This document shows positions 51,086 to 60,758 of a DNA stretch of 64,000 nucleotides, piece after piece. The stretch's first letter is position 1. Each line of letters opens with the position of its first letter. The notes beneath the pieces were generated by a model. It made no database searches, was not told where the DNA came from, and saw only the letters and a list, made by a program, of their open reading frames with translations. Origin of the DNA: an uncultured Candidatus Saccharibacteria bacterium (GTDB taxonomy: Bacteria > Patescibacteriota > CAZHWT01); contig CAZQWH010000001.1 of the NCBI GenBank assembly GCA_964597145.1, forward strand, positions 102,441-166,440. Reading direction: 5' to 3'. A program made the translations under genes and the position numbers.

Positions 51086-51777
51086 TGGGAAATAAAACAC
51101 ACCCACTTGGATTGCGCTTAGCGCTAAATAAAAATTGGAGCTCAACCTGGTTCGACAAGAAGCGTTTTGTCGACCTCCTACACAAGGATATACAGATACG
51201 TGAGTTCTTAACCAAAAAGCTCAAGGCCGCTGGATGTCAGCGCGTCGAGATTGAGCGATCGGTTAACGAAGTAACCATTAATATACACGTGGCGAAGCCC
51301 GGTATGGTTATTGGTCGAGGTGGATCGGGAAGTGAGCTGTTAAAAAAAGAACTAGAAAAGATGTTGGATGGCGAAAAGCTCCGTTTGAATATCATTGAAG
51401 TTCGTAAGCCAGATCTGTACGCTGCGTTAGTAGCGCGTAATGTAGCCGACATGATTGAGCGCCGCATGTCTCCACGACGGGCGATTAATATGTCGCTAGA
51501 TCGAACCATGTCAGCCGGAGCTAAAGGTATTAAGATTATCGTCAGCGGCCGTTTAAACGGAGCAGATATCGCCCGCAGTGAAAAGAAGCATGTTGGAACT
51601 ATTCCATTGCACACGCTGCGCGCCAATATTGATTTTGCCCACGAGGTAGCAGTTACCTCTTTCGGCACTATTGGGGTAAAGGTCTGGATTAACCGGGACG
51701 AAGATCTAGCCAATAGTCAATCCCAACAGCAACCCGGTCGTCGGATAGGAGGGCCAAGTCGTGCTCGAGCCATCTAA
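51085..51777 (+). CDS. rpsC: 30S ribosomal protein S3
   Basis: [31 protein letters not shown]. Confidence 0.99.
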   Translation: MGNKTHPLGLRLALNKNWSSTWFDKKRFVDLLHKDIQIREFLTKKLKAAGCQRVEIERSVNEVTINIHVAKPGMVIGRGGSGSELLKKELEKMLDGEKLRLNIIEVRKPDLYAALVARNVADMIERRMSPRRAINMSLDRTMSAGAKGIKIIVSGRLNGADIARSEKKHVGTIPLHTLRANIDFAHEVAVTSFGTIGVKVWINRDEDLANSQSQQQPGRRIGGPSRARAI

Positions 51778-52204
51778 GCAGAAGTATCGTCGACAATTCC
51801 GAGGTCGGATGCGGGGCAAAGCCTGGCGAGGTTCAGAGTTGAACTTTGGTGAGTTCGGTATTAAAGCGCTTGATTGTGGTTGGGTATCGGCCCGGCAGAT
51901 CGAAGCTGCTCGTCGTGCCATGACCGGCTATACCAAGCGTGGGGGCAAGATTTGGATTAGAATCTTCCCCGATAAGCCAATTACCAAAAAACCAGCAGAA
52001 GTTCGAATGGGTAGCGGTAAAGGGTCAGTCGATCATTTTGCGGCAGTAGTTCGTCCAGGTGCTATCTTATTTGAGATTGCCGGAGTGCCAGAAGCCACTG
52101 CTCGCGAAGCCATGCGCCGTGCCGCTCACAAACTATCGGTAGGCACCACAATTGTTGCTCGTGAGGAGGAGTCTTCTGCCTCTCGCCAAGAGGAGGAGGC
52201 CTAA
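51761..52204 (+). CDS. rplP: 50S ribosomal protein L16
   Basis: [24 protein letters not shown]; GTG start. Confidence 0.99.
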   Translation: MLEPSKQKYRRQFRGRMRGKAWRGSELNFGEFGIKALDCGWVSARQIEAARRAMTGYTKRGGKIWIRIFPDKPITKKPAEVRMGSGKGSVDHFAAVVRPGAILFEIAGVPEATAREAMRRAAHKLSVGTTIVAREEESSASRQEEEA

Positions 52205-52207
52205 CGC

Positions 52208-52411
52208 ATGTTAAAGCCGAAAGAATTAGACCAATTGAAAGATAAATCAGTAACCGAGACCTTAAAAGATATCAAGGTTGCTGAGCAAGAATTAGTAGAT
52301 TTGCGAATGAAAAAGCATCGCGGGTCGGTTAACAATGTTCACCAAATTCGTCAGTTGCGCAAAAAAATTGCCCAGCTTCAAACTTTGGTGGCAATGAAGG
52401 AAGTATCATGA
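52208..52411 (+). CDS. rpmC: 50S ribosomal protein L29
   Basis: Operon position; ELVDLRM...IRQLRKKIAQLQT. Confidence 0.93.
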   Translation: MLKPKELDQLKDKSVTETLKDIKVAEQELVDLRMKKHRGSVNNVHQIRQLRKKIAQLQTLVAMKEVS

Positions 52412-52746
52412 ACGAACAACAACCACAATTAAAAACCTTAGTTGGCATTGTGACTTCAGACAAAATGGCCAAAACAGTTGTGGTCGAGGTGACAACCTTT
52501 AAGGTGCACCGTTTGTATCACAAGCGATTCCGCTGGACCAAGAAGTACTTGTCCGATGTAGGAAGTCTAGAGCCGCAAGTTGGTGATACTGTCCGGATTG
52601 TAGCCAGTCGGCCCATTTCAAAGCTAAAGCGCTGGACTGTTGCCGAGGTTGTTGCTGCGGCAGACGCAAGCCAGAAAAAACCAGTCACCAAAGCTGCAAA
52701 AGCAGCTAAGCCAAAGGCTGCGACAACAAAGAAGAAAGCTAAGTAA
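52408..52746 (+). CDS. rpsQ: 30S ribosomal protein S17 with Lys/Ala-rich tail
   Basis: GIVTSDKMAKTVVV, RPISKLKRW. Confidence 0.97.
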   Translation: MNEQQPQLKTLVGIVTSDKMAKTVVVEVTTFKVHRLYHKRFRWTKKYLSDVGSLEPQVGDTVRIVASRPISKLKRWTVAEVVAAADASQKKPVTKAAKAAKPKAATTKKKAK

Positions 52747-52756
52747 GGATTAAAAG

Positions 52757-53125
52757 ATGATTCAGCATCGAACATATTTAAATGTAGCGGATAACACGGG
52801 TGCCAAGCGCTTAATGTGCATTAATGTCCCCGGTGGAACCGGTAAGATGAAGGCTCGACTGGGTGAGCAGATTACGGCAGTGGTTAAGGGAGCAAACCCT
52901 AATGGCACCGTTAAAGATGGTGAAGTGGTTAAAGCCGTGGTGGTTCGCACGCGTAAGGAAATGCGCCGTGTTGATGGCTCGTATATTCGCTTTAGCGAGA
53001 ATGCTGCCGTGGTTGTCGACAAAGACAAGAATCCCCGTGGTACTCGCATCTTTGGCCCAATTGCTCGCGAAATTCGTGAAGCGGGCTATATGAAAATTAT
53101 ATCGTTAGCCCCGGAGGTATTGTAA
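52757..53125 (+). CDS. rplN: 50S ribosomal protein L14
   Basis: [29 protein letters not shown]. Confidence 0.99.
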   Translation: MIQHRTYLNVADNTGAKRLMCINVPGGTGKMKARLGEQITAVVKGANPNGTVKDGEVVKAVVVRTRKEMRRVDGSYIRFSENAAVVVDKDKNPRGTRIFGPIAREIREAGYMKIISLAPEVL

Positions 53126-53127
53126 CT

Positions 53128-53442
53128 ATGGCAGGGTTAAAGATTAAAAAAGACGATGTTGTAGCCGTTACCTCTGGTAAATTCCGAGGCAAGCAAGGCA
53201 AAATCTTGCGCACGCTGCCATCCCAAAATATGGTGGTAGTTGAAGGGGTAAATATGGTTAAGCGTCATCGCAAGCCAGTCACACAACGCGATCCCGGTGG
53301 AATTGTAGATGTGATTAAGCCGTTGCCAACCGCCAATGTCATATTGGTTTGCCCAGCCTGTGGTAAAACATCGCGGGTTGGAGTTGTTAAAGAAGATGGG
53401 AAGAAGATGCGCGTCTGCAAGAAATGTCAGGCGAAATTCTAA
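53128..53442 (+). CDS. rplX: 50S ribosomal protein L24
   Basis: KIKKDDVVAVTSGK, VEGVNMVKRH; CPAC/CKKC. Confidence 0.98.
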   Translation: MAGLKIKKDDVVAVTSGKFRGKQGKILRTLPSQNMVVVEGVNMVKRHRKPVTQRDPGGIVDVIKPLPTANVILVCPACGKTSRVGVVKEDGKKMRVCKKCQAKF

Positions 53443-53461
53443 GAGATTGGTATTTGAAACT

Positions 53462-54004
53462 ATGTCACGACTAAAAGAAAAGTATCAAACAGAAATTACA
53501 CCAGCCCTAATCCAAGAGCTGCATCTAGATAACGCCATGGCAACTCCACGGCTCGTTAAGGTAATGGTGCATATGAGTTTGGGTCGAGCTCAGGGTAACA
53601 AAGAGGAAATTGAGCGTTCAGCCCAGGATTTGGCTACAATTACCGGTCAAAAGCCGATCATAACCGAAGCTAAAAAAGCGATTGCTGGCTTTAAGTTGCG
53701 TAAAGGTGATAAAATCGGCGCCAAGGTCACATTGCGCGGCAGCAGAATGTGGGATTTCACCGATAAGCTGTTTACTGCAGTTTTGCCTCGAACTCGTGAC
53801 TTTCAAGGGTTACCCCAAAAAGGCTTTGATAAGGCTGGAAACTATACCTTCGGCCTACAAGAGCAAGGAGTATTCTTAGAAATTGACCCCAATCGAATGG
53901 ATCGGTCACGTAGTATGCAGATTACCTTAGTAACAAGCGCACAAAAACCCGAGCATTCACGGGCATTATTAGAAAAGTTAGGATTACCATTAGAGAAAGA
54001 ATAA
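53462..54004 (+). CDS. rplE: 50S ribosomal protein L5
   Basis: ITGQKP, GAKVTLRG, LPRTRDFQG. Confidence 0.98.
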   Translation: MSRLKEKYQTEITPALIQELHLDNAMATPRLVKVMVHMSLGRAQGNKEEIERSAQDLATITGQKPIITEAKKAIAGFKLRKGDKIGAKVTLRGSRMWDFTDKLFTAVLPRTRDFQGLPQKGFDKAGNYTFGLQEQGVFLEIDPNRMDRSRSMQITLVTSAQKPEHSRALLEKLGLPLEKE

Positions 54005-54041
54005 TCCTTGCATTACTATTTGAAAGTGTGGTAAGAAATTT

Positions 54042-54227
54042 ATGGCAAAAAAGGCATTAATTGAAAAAAGCAAAAAAGCTCCTAAGTATGTAACGCGCGT
54101 ACACAACCGTTGTCGGAAGTGCGGGCGACCAAAAGCATATATGCGCGATTTTGCATTATGCCGTATTTGTTTTAGAGAACTCGCCTTAAAGGAACAAATC
54201 CCTGGTATTACTAAGGCCAGTTGGTAA
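54042..54227 (+). CDS. rpsN: 30S ribosomal protein S14 (short Zn-binding type)
   Basis: RCRKCGRP...[15 protein letters not shown]. Confidence 0.98.
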   Translation: MAKKALIEKSKKAPKYVTRVHNRCRKCGRPKAYMRDFALCRICFRELALKEQIPGITKASW

Positions 54228-54232
54228 TTATT

Positions 54233-54628
54233 ATGATGACACTCGACCCAATTGCAGATTTATTTACCCGCATCCGAAATGGCTATATGGCTCATTTAGA
54301 TGAAGTGGAAGCACCTTACTCCAAAATGAAGGAAGCCGTCCTCAAAGTTTTGCAGCAAGGAAACTTTATTGCTAGTTTTAGCGTCGAAGAGCGTAAAAGC
54401 CGCAAGTTGTTTGTAATCACCTTGCGTTACAATGGCAAGCGTCCGGCTATTACTCGAATAGAGCGCGCTTCAACCCCTGGCCGTCGATTATACGTTGGCA
54501 CCAGCGATATTCCCAACGTTTTAGGTGGAATGGGTTTGGCTATTCTTTCAACACCGGGCGGCATCATGAATGGTAAAGATGCCAAGAAGAAAAACATGGG
54601 TGGAGAGTTATTGGGGAGGGTTTGGTAA
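54233..54628 (+). CDS. rpsH: 30S ribosomal protein S8
   Basis: DPIADLFTRIRN, STPGRRLY, GGELLGRVW. Confidence 0.98.
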   Translation: MMTLDPIADLFTRIRNGYMAHLDEVEAPYSKMKEAVLKVLQQGNFIASFSVEERKSRKLFVITLRYNGKRPAITRIERASTPGRRLYVGTSDIPNVLGGMGLAILSTPGGIMNGKDAKKKNMGGELLGRVW

Positions 54629-55179
54629 TGTCGCGTATTGGCAAAATGCCGGTTGTTATCCCTCAAGGAGTAACCGTCGAGATTAATAACCAGTTACTAA
54701 CGGTTAAAGGGCCAAAAGGTGAATTGAGCCAAGCAATCGAACCGGAAATTGGGGTAACCCAGCAAGACGGCCAACTGGTCGTGGTAATTAAGCAGCAAAC
54801 CAAGCGCTCAGCGGCCATGTGGGGGTTATATCGAGCCCTATTTGCCAATATGATAACGGGTGTGACGCAGGGGTATACCAAGAATTTAGAAATGGCTGGT
54901 GTTGGTCACCGGGCAGCAATGCAAGGCTCCAATCTTCAGTTGTCGGTCGGTTTTTCCCATCCGGTAGTACTAACTCCGCCAACTGGTATTACCTACGCCG
55001 TGGCCGAGAACACTAAAATTAGCGTATCCGGCATTAATAAACAGCAAGTGGGTGAAGCGGCGGCTAAAATCCGAGCCGTCAAGCCGCCGGAGCCGTATAA
55101 GGGCAAAGGCATTAAATACGCAGGGGAAGTGGTTCGACGCAAGGCTGGAAAGGCAGCTAAGGCTGTTGGAGGTAAATAA
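54628..55179 (+). CDS. rplF: 50S ribosomal protein L6
   Basis: MSRIGKMP, PEPYKGKGI. Confidence 0.99.
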   Translation: MSRIGKMPVVIPQGVTVEINNQLLTVKGPKGELSQAIEPEIGVTQQDGQLVVVIKQQTKRSAAMWGLYRALFANMITGVTQGYTKNLEMAGVGHRAAMQGSNLQLSVGFSHPVVLTPPTGITYAVAENTKISVSGINKQQVGEAAAKIRAVKPPEPYKGKGIKYAGEVVRRKAGKAAKAVGGK

Positions 55180-55181
55180 AC

Positions 55182-55532
55182 ATGATAGAGCATAAGATTG
55201 GACGCGCCCGTCGTCACGCCAAAATTCGTTCACAAGTGAAAGGCACCGCAGCCAAACCGCGACTGTCAATGTTTCGGTCTAATAAGCACGTTGTCTGTCA
55301 ACTCATAGATGATGTCAACGGCAAGACAATAGCTGCTGCCTCTGGGTTAGATTTAGCAAAAGAGGTTAAAGGTACCAAAACCAAGCGTGCGGCTATGGTT
55401 GGGCAATTGTTAGCCGAGCGGGCCTTAAAGCAAAAAATTACGACGATTTGTTTTGACCGTGGTGGTTACAAGTATCATGGTCGAGTCAAAGCTGTCGCAG
55501 ATGAACTGCGCCAGAAAGGACTACAATTTTAA
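55182..55532 (+). CDS. rplR: 50S ribosomal protein L18
   Basis: [25 protein letters not shown]. Confidence 0.99.
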   Translation: MIEHKIGRARRHAKIRSQVKGTAAKPRLSMFRSNKHVVCQLIDDVNGKTIAAASGLDLAKEVKGTKTKRAAMVGQLLAERALKQKITTICFDRGGYKYHGRVKAVADELRQKGLQF

Positions 55533-55534
55533 TC

Positions 55535-56128
55535 ATGGCAGAAGCAACAAACCAGGCACAACTAAATACTCGGAATCCACGGACAAGCCCTCGCCAGAGA
55601 GGTCGCAACACCGAAGAGGTAAAAAGCGAATTTACTGAACAGGTGGTCCAGGTTAATCGTACCAGCAAGAAGACAAAAGGTGGCAATAATATGTCGTTTA
55701 GTGCCATTGTGGTAGTTGGCGACAAAAAAGGCCGAGTTGGTGTGGGCATGGGTAAAGCGCCAGAAGTAGCCGACGCGATCCGCAAAGGATCAGCCAAGGC
55801 TAAGAAGTCTTTTATCACCGTACCAATGTACCATGCCACCATCCCTCATCAAATTGAGGTCAAGTTAGGTGCAGCTCGAGTATTATTAAAGCCTGCCTCT
55901 GAGGGCACGGGAGTTATTGCTGGTGGTGCGGTTCGTGCAGTGGTTGAAGCTGCCGGTATTCGTGATGTGTTATCTAAAGTTTTGGGTACAAATAATAAAG
56001 CCAGTAACGTGCATGCTACAATTGAAGCATTAAAGCAGCTCCAAGCCCGGCCCGAAGTTCAAGCTAAAGCCAAAAAGTCTGTCTCAGCCGCCGCTCATCC
56101 TGTAGACGAAGCTAAGGCAAAGGAATAA
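55535..56128 (+). CDS. rpsE: 30S ribosomal protein S5
   Basis: [25 protein letters not shown]. Confidence 0.99.
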   Translation: MAEATNQAQLNTRNPRTSPRQRGRNTEEVKSEFTEQVVQVNRTSKKTKGGNNMSFSAIVVVGDKKGRVGVGMGKAPEVADAIRKGSAKAKKSFITVPMYHATIPHQIEVKLGAARVLLKPASEGTGVIAGGAVRAVVEAAGIRDVLSKVLGTNNKASNVHATIEALKQLQARPEVQAKAKKSVSAAAHPVDEAKAKE

Positions 56129-56132
56129 GATC

Positions 56133-56579
56133 ATGGATTTATCAACCTTACAATCGGTAATTTCAAAACAAAAAAAGCGGGTTGGTCGAGGATATGGTAG
56201 CGGTAAAGCCAAGACTGCTGGCCGTGGAACCAAGGGGCAATTAGCTCGTGGTACCACTCGACCAGGGTTCGAGGGTGGACAGCTACCATTAATTAAACGA
56301 TTGCCATTCCGTCGCGGATTTGGAAACACTTCACGCTATGTGAAGCCATTAGCCATTAATGCCGCTCGGCTTTCAGCAATTCCGGCCGGCTCCATGGTCA
56401 GTCCCGAGACTTTAGTTAAGCACGGACTAGTGCCAGCGTCCTATCGAGGCGAGATTAAAGTGATTGGCTTAACTGGCAAAGAATCATTCAAGTTTGAAGG
56501 TATTTTATTTACCAAAAGCGCCAAAGTTGGCAAAACCCATCCCAAGGACGATCGCCCTTCGGACAAAGCTGAAAAATAA
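56133..56579 (+). CDS. rplO: 50S ribosomal protein L15
   Basis: [19 protein letters not shown]. Confidence 0.98.
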   Translation: MDLSTLQSVISKQKKRVGRGYGSGKAKTAGRGTKGQLARGTTRPGFEGGQLPLIKRLPFRRGFGNTSRYVKPLAINAARLSAIPAGSMVSPETLVKHGLVPASYRGEIKVIGLTGKESFKFEGILFTKSAKVGKTHPKDDRPSDKAEK

Positions 56580-56585
56580 CGACAC

Positions 56586-57866
56586 ATGATTGGTTTATTG
56601 CGCAACATCTGGAATACCCCGGATCTCCGCGCTAAAATTCTATTTACACTGGCAATCCTGCTGCTGTTTAGAGTTTTGGCGTATATTCCAATGCCTGGGG
56701 TAAATGTGGCCCAATTGCGTAGCTTCTTTGAGGGCAATCAATTATTAAGCCTACTTAATTTATTTTCCGGTGGCGGTTTGGCCAATTTTTCTATTATTAC
56801 CCTTGGCTTAAATCCATATATTAACGCCTCCATCATCATGCAACTTCTAACCATGGTCTTCCCCCAGTTAGAAGAGTGGTCAAAAGAAGGCGAAAGTGGC
56901 CAGCGTAAGATTAATCAATACACCCGCTTCTTAACCGTCCCGCTGGCTATTATCCAGGGCATTGGCGTGTTTGTGTTGCTCCGTAACCAAGGCCTAATTG
57001 CAGCGCAAGATTACCTACATATCGCGTTGTTAATTCTGACCATGACTGCCGGCACACTACTCATTGTATGGATGGGTGAGCTTGTGAGTGAGAAAGGTAT
57101 TGGCAATGGTGTATCAATTCTGATTTTCGCCGGTATCCTCGCTCAACTACCCGGCATGCTTGGCTCAACCTTTCAAGCCTCTACCACTGGCAACCAATCC
57201 TTAATTTGGTTTGCCATTATCACCTTAGTTGTAATTGTTGGGGTGGTGTATATTACCGAGGGTCGACGGCCAATCCCGGTTCAGTATGCCAAACGGGTAG
57301 CTGGCAATCGAATGGTGGGCGGCCAATCCAGCAATATCCCACTCCGGGTTAACCAAGCTGGCGTTATACCAATTATTTTTGCCATTTCCCTGGTGATGTT
57401 ACCAAGTACCATCTCTGGGTATCTCTTAAACGCCCAGTGGAGCTGGGTAGCTCAAACCGCCCAAGTCATCAACAGTTTCTTTGCCAATACGTATAATTTT
57501 GCCTTAGTCTACTTTATTTTAGTCCTAGCCTTTGCCTTCTTCTATTCAACCGTGGCCTTTAATCCGCAACGGATTAGTGAAGACTTGCAGAAGCAGGGCG
57601 GGTTTATTCCCGGTATTCGGCCTGGTCTGCCAACCAAGAATTATTTGCGGACCGTCTTGCTCCGTATTACCTTAATTGGGGCCATCTTCCTTGGAGTTAT
57701 CGCCGTCTTGCCTTACGCCTTAAGCTCATTAATGCCAGATTTGGGACAGCTAGCTTTGTCACTCGGAGGTACCAGTCTCTTAATTGTGGTATCGGTTATC
57801 TTAGAAACATCCAAGCAAGTCCAAGCTATGCTTGTTATGCGCAATTATGAAGGATTTTTGAATTAG
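56586..57866 (+). CDS. secY: Preprotein translocase subunit SecY
   Basis: GIGNGVSILIF, NQAGVIPIIFA, IPGIRPG, GGTSLLIVV. Confidence 0.99.
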   Translation: MIGLLRNIWNTPDLRAKILFTLAILLLFRVLAYIPMPGVNVAQLRSFFEGNQLLSLLNLFSGGGLANFSIITLGLNPYINASIIMQLLTMVFPQLEEWSKEGESGQRKINQYTRFLTVPLAIIQGIGVFVLLRNQGLIAAQDYLHIALLILTMTAGTLLIVWMGELVSEKGIGNGVSILIFAGILAQLPGMLGSTFQASTTGNQSLIWFAIITLVVIVGVVYITEGRRPIPVQYAKRVAGNRMVGGQSSNIPLRVNQAGVIPIIFAISLVMLPSTISGYLLNAQWSWVAQTAQVINSFFANTYNFALVYFILVLAFAFFYSTVAFNPQRISEDLQKQGGFIPGIRPGLPTKNYLRTVLLRITLIGAIFLGVIAVLPYALSSLMPDLGQLALSLGGTSLLIVVSVILETSKQVQAMLVMRNYEGFLN

Positions 57867-58405
57867 TGAATATTTTACTGCTCGGCCCCCATGGCGCAGG
57901 AAAATCCACCCAGGCTCACCTTTTATCAGCTTCGCTCCACTTGCCGTATATCTCGACCGGTGAAATGTTGCGAGTGCTCGCTACCCAGTCTACCCCTGCC
58001 GGCAAGCAGATTCGTGACCGACTCGAACGGGGCGAATATATGACCAATGAAGAAATGATTCCATTAGTGAATCAGCGATTGAGTCAAATCGACATTAAAG
58101 ACGGCTTCATTTTGGAGGGTTATCCCCGCACCTTAGAACAGGCCCACAAACTAACAGTGCCAATTGATATCGTACTTAACCTGTACCTCGACAAAGATGA
58201 AGTTATGCATCGGCTACTAGCCCGACATCGGCAAGATGATACTCCCGAGATTATTGAACGGCGATTAACTCATTACTTAGCCGAAGCCGACACCATTCTC
58301 GAGTATTATCATGCGAAAGGAATGTTGCAGCAGGTAAATGCCGATGATACCGTGGAGAATGTGCAACGCGCCTTGCTCATCGAAATAGGCAATAGCAGCC
58401 AATAG
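57866..58405 (+). CDS. adk: Adenylate kinase (short, LID-less type)
   Basis: GPHGAGKSTQA, ISTGEMLR, GYPRTLEQA, RQDD. Confidence 0.92.
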   Translation: MNILLLGPHGAGKSTQAHLLSASLHLPYISTGEMLRVLATQSTPAGKQIRDRLERGEYMTNEEMIPLVNQRLSQIDIKDGFILEGYPRTLEQAHKLTVPIDIVLNLYLDKDEVMHRLLARHRQDDTPEIIERRLTHYLAEADTILEYYHAKGMLQQVNADDTVENVQRALLIEIGNSSQ

Positions 58406-58420
58406 AAAGTCGATTATCCG

Positions 58421-59173
58421 ATGATCGAAATTAAAACCCCAGAACAACTCAAAATTATGGCCGAAGGTGGTCATGTCTTAGCCCAAGTTCGTCAGCAATT
58501 AATGGCAGCAGCCGTACCGGGAATCACCACCTTGGAGTTAGAAGATCTATCAGAGCAGCTCATTGCCAGCTTTGGTGCCACATCCAACTTTAAAGGTCAA
58601 TACGATTACCCCTACACCATTTTAACCAGTGTCAACGAGCAAGTTATTCATGGCAAGCCCAATAAACGAGTGCTACGGGCTGGCGATTTATTGTCAATTG
58701 ACGTTGGCTTGTTGTGGAAGAATTGGCATTTAGATACAACCGGCACCCTAATTGTTGGTGGCAAGGAGTCAGCCAACAAAGAAGTACGAGTGTTTGCTGC
58801 GAAAGGATACAAAATCTTAGACGCGGCCATTGCCCAAGCCAAAATTGGGAACCGAGTCGGTGATATTTCGGCCGCTATGCAGCAAGGCATAGAATCAGCC
58901 GGCTACTCTGCTGTCCGCGAATATGTGGGTCACGGCTTAGGCAGCGAACTGCACATGGATCCAATGGTGCCCTGCTATGGTAAGCCAGGTACAGGCCCAG
59001 AACTTAAACAAGGGATGACTCTAGCTATTGAAGTTATGATGAACGCCGGTGGCCCCTATGTCCGCACCTTAAAAGACGGCTGGACCGTAGTCACTAAAGA
59101 CGGATCAATTTCCGGCCAATTTGAACACACCGTAGCCATAACTTCGTCAGGCCCAAAGGTCCTGACGAAATAG
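58421..59173 (+). CDS. map: Methionine aminopeptidase type I
   Basis: SVNEQVIHG, GHGLG..LH.DP, LAIE, QFEHTVAI. Confidence 0.97.
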   Translation: MIEIKTPEQLKIMAEGGHVLAQVRQQLMAAAVPGITTLELEDLSEQLIASFGATSNFKGQYDYPYTILTSVNEQVIHGKPNKRVLRAGDLLSIDVGLLWKNWHLDTTGTLIVGGKESANKEVRVFAAKGYKILDAAIAQAKIGNRVGDISAAMQQGIESAGYSAVREYVGHGLGSELHMDPMVPCYGKPGTGPELKQGMTLAIEVMMNAGGPYVRTLKDGWTVVTKDGSISGQFEHTVAITSSGPKVLTK

Positions 59174-59249
59174 TAGGCACTGGGCACCTGCCCGCAAACA
59201 CCAGCAAGCTGGCTTGCGTGGCGGGTGGGGTAGACAGACCTCTTCTCTT

Positions 59250-59553
59250 CGTCATTGCGAGGAACCAAGCGACGTGGCAATCTTCTCTGACTGTCATCCT
59301 GGAGCGGAGCGTATTTTAGACGCAAGTGGCTCGTGCACTAGCACATAGGATCTGGTCATCAAATCAGAAATCACAAAGCCTAAATACGAAACAAATTCCA
59401 ACTCAGAAGTTATAAGATTGAAACACATAACCGACCGTCATTGCGCCTGTCAGCCTCTGGCTAAAGCGGCCTGTGCTGAGCGCAGTCAAAACAAGCGCAT
59501 CATTCTCCTCTGATTGTCATTCTGGAGCCAGCGAAGCGTGGCGATAGAATCTT
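59250..59553. repeat. Cluster of four GTCAT-type REP units
   Basis: gtcattgcg..gcaatct, gtcatcctg..aggatct, gtcattgcgcctgtc.., gtcattctg..agaatct. Confidence 0.75.
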
Positions 59554-59608
59554 GAGAGCGCCAATCAGCAGAACAACGCAACCTATATACAACTCTTGCT
59601 AAGTATTA

Positions 59609-59657
59609 TTTACAGAGTTAAATACAGTTAATTATATAATAAATTATATAATTAACT
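59609..59657 (+). other. Box + double-palindrome element, copy 5
   Basis: tacaGAGttaaat then aattatataata aattatataatt at +15. Confidence 0.75.
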
Positions 59658-59777
59658 AACGCATATTCTTTCAATCGTACCATAAGATTCCTAGAAAGAA
59701 TCTTATGGTAATTTACAAGTAGGTGGCTGTGTGGTATTTTATGTGACATTGCTCGATCTGAGTCTGGAGATAGATAA

Positions 59778-60065
59778 ATGGTGGCGACACATTACGATCT
59801 TTTTATGCCGCGTGAAGCTGTTGGAGATCGCAAACACGAGTTAGCAGGTTTGATCCACGAACTGACAGAGCTTGGAGTCACCGCAACTCTCGATTCCACT
59901 TCCTGGCCCGAAGTTCTATGGGTTATCATCCCACAGGGCACAACTGCGGAGACAGTAGGCGGCATCTTGCTTCTTGCCACCGTCCATTATAGACACTTAG
60001 GACTTAACAGCATCGGGGTAACGCCATCTATGCACAATGGCTCAGTTGCTCTCCGATTCAAGTAA
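59778..60065 (+). CDS. Hypothetical protein (ORFan)
   Basis: GGAG RBS; TGG-TATTTT promoter; hairpin at 60079-60107. Confidence 0.55.
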   Translation: MVATHYDLFMPREAVGDRKHELAGLIHELTELGVTATLDSTSWPEVLWVIIPQGTTAETVGGILLLATVHYRHLGLNSIGVTPSMHNGSVALRFK

Positions 60066-60163
60066 GGCTCAATCATTCATGGGCTCACTGACATCAGCGA
60101 GCCCATCCCTTATCTTCATTATTTGGTAAACTAAAACCATGTTAACACTAATGTATGTTAACA

Positions 60164-60211
60164 CTAACAGAGATAAAAGTGATTAATTATATAATAAATT
60201 ATATAATTAAT
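60164..60211 (+). other. Box + double-palindrome element, copy 6
   Basis: aacaGAGataaaa then aattatataata aattatataatt at +15; 15 bp before the next ATG. Confidence 0.75.
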
Positions 60212-60225
60212 TTGAAAGGTGGAAC

Positions 60226-60756
60226 ATGTCCAGTTTTGTCTATCATGCAGTGCCCAGAAACTTTCAGGGCACTACAATTTACCCACTCAACCAATTAAAA
60301 AACGTATATCCTACTATCTATACTGAGCGAGTTAAAGCTTACTCCTGGCGACCCGAGGTTATGGAGCAGCCAGTCCACCCTCTCAATTGCTTCTGGAATG
60401 ATTGTATATTCCTCACGGCCACACCGCCGCAATTAGTTAAGCAAGAATTGTATAAAATTGATCCAGGCCACCAGTTTCCATCCAAATTCTGGAAGATTGA
60501 TGCCCATACTTTAGAGCCTCAAAACACCACCATTTACAATTTTGCCACCAACGTTCGCCCACATCCTGCCCAAGATTTTTTACCGTATAACCCAGGTAAT
60601 CTTGAAGAATATACTCAAGTACCATCAAGAACCATAGAATATTGGCAGCAGTGCATTTACGAAGGCCGGAAAAGAATGCTGCTGTACTTGTATATTCCAC
60701 ACATTATGTACAAAGGCACCATCAACACTCGCGAATTGGAAATTGTGGAGGTATAG
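60226..60756 (+). CDS. Conserved-looking hypothetical protein (YH..P..F.G..IYPLNQLK motif)
   Basis: 176-aa ORF; AGGTGG RBS; LNCFWNDCIFLT and IPHIMYKG. Confidence 0.75.
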   Translation: MSSFVYHAVPRNFQGTTIYPLNQLKNVYPTIYTERVKAYSWRPEVMEQPVHPLNCFWNDCIFLTATPPQLVKQELYKIDPGHQFPSKFWKIDAHTLEPQNTTIYNFATNVRPHPAQDFLPYNPGNLEEYTQVPSRTIEYWQQCIYEGRKRMLLYLYIPHIMYKGTINTRELEIVEV

Positions 60757-60758
60757 AC

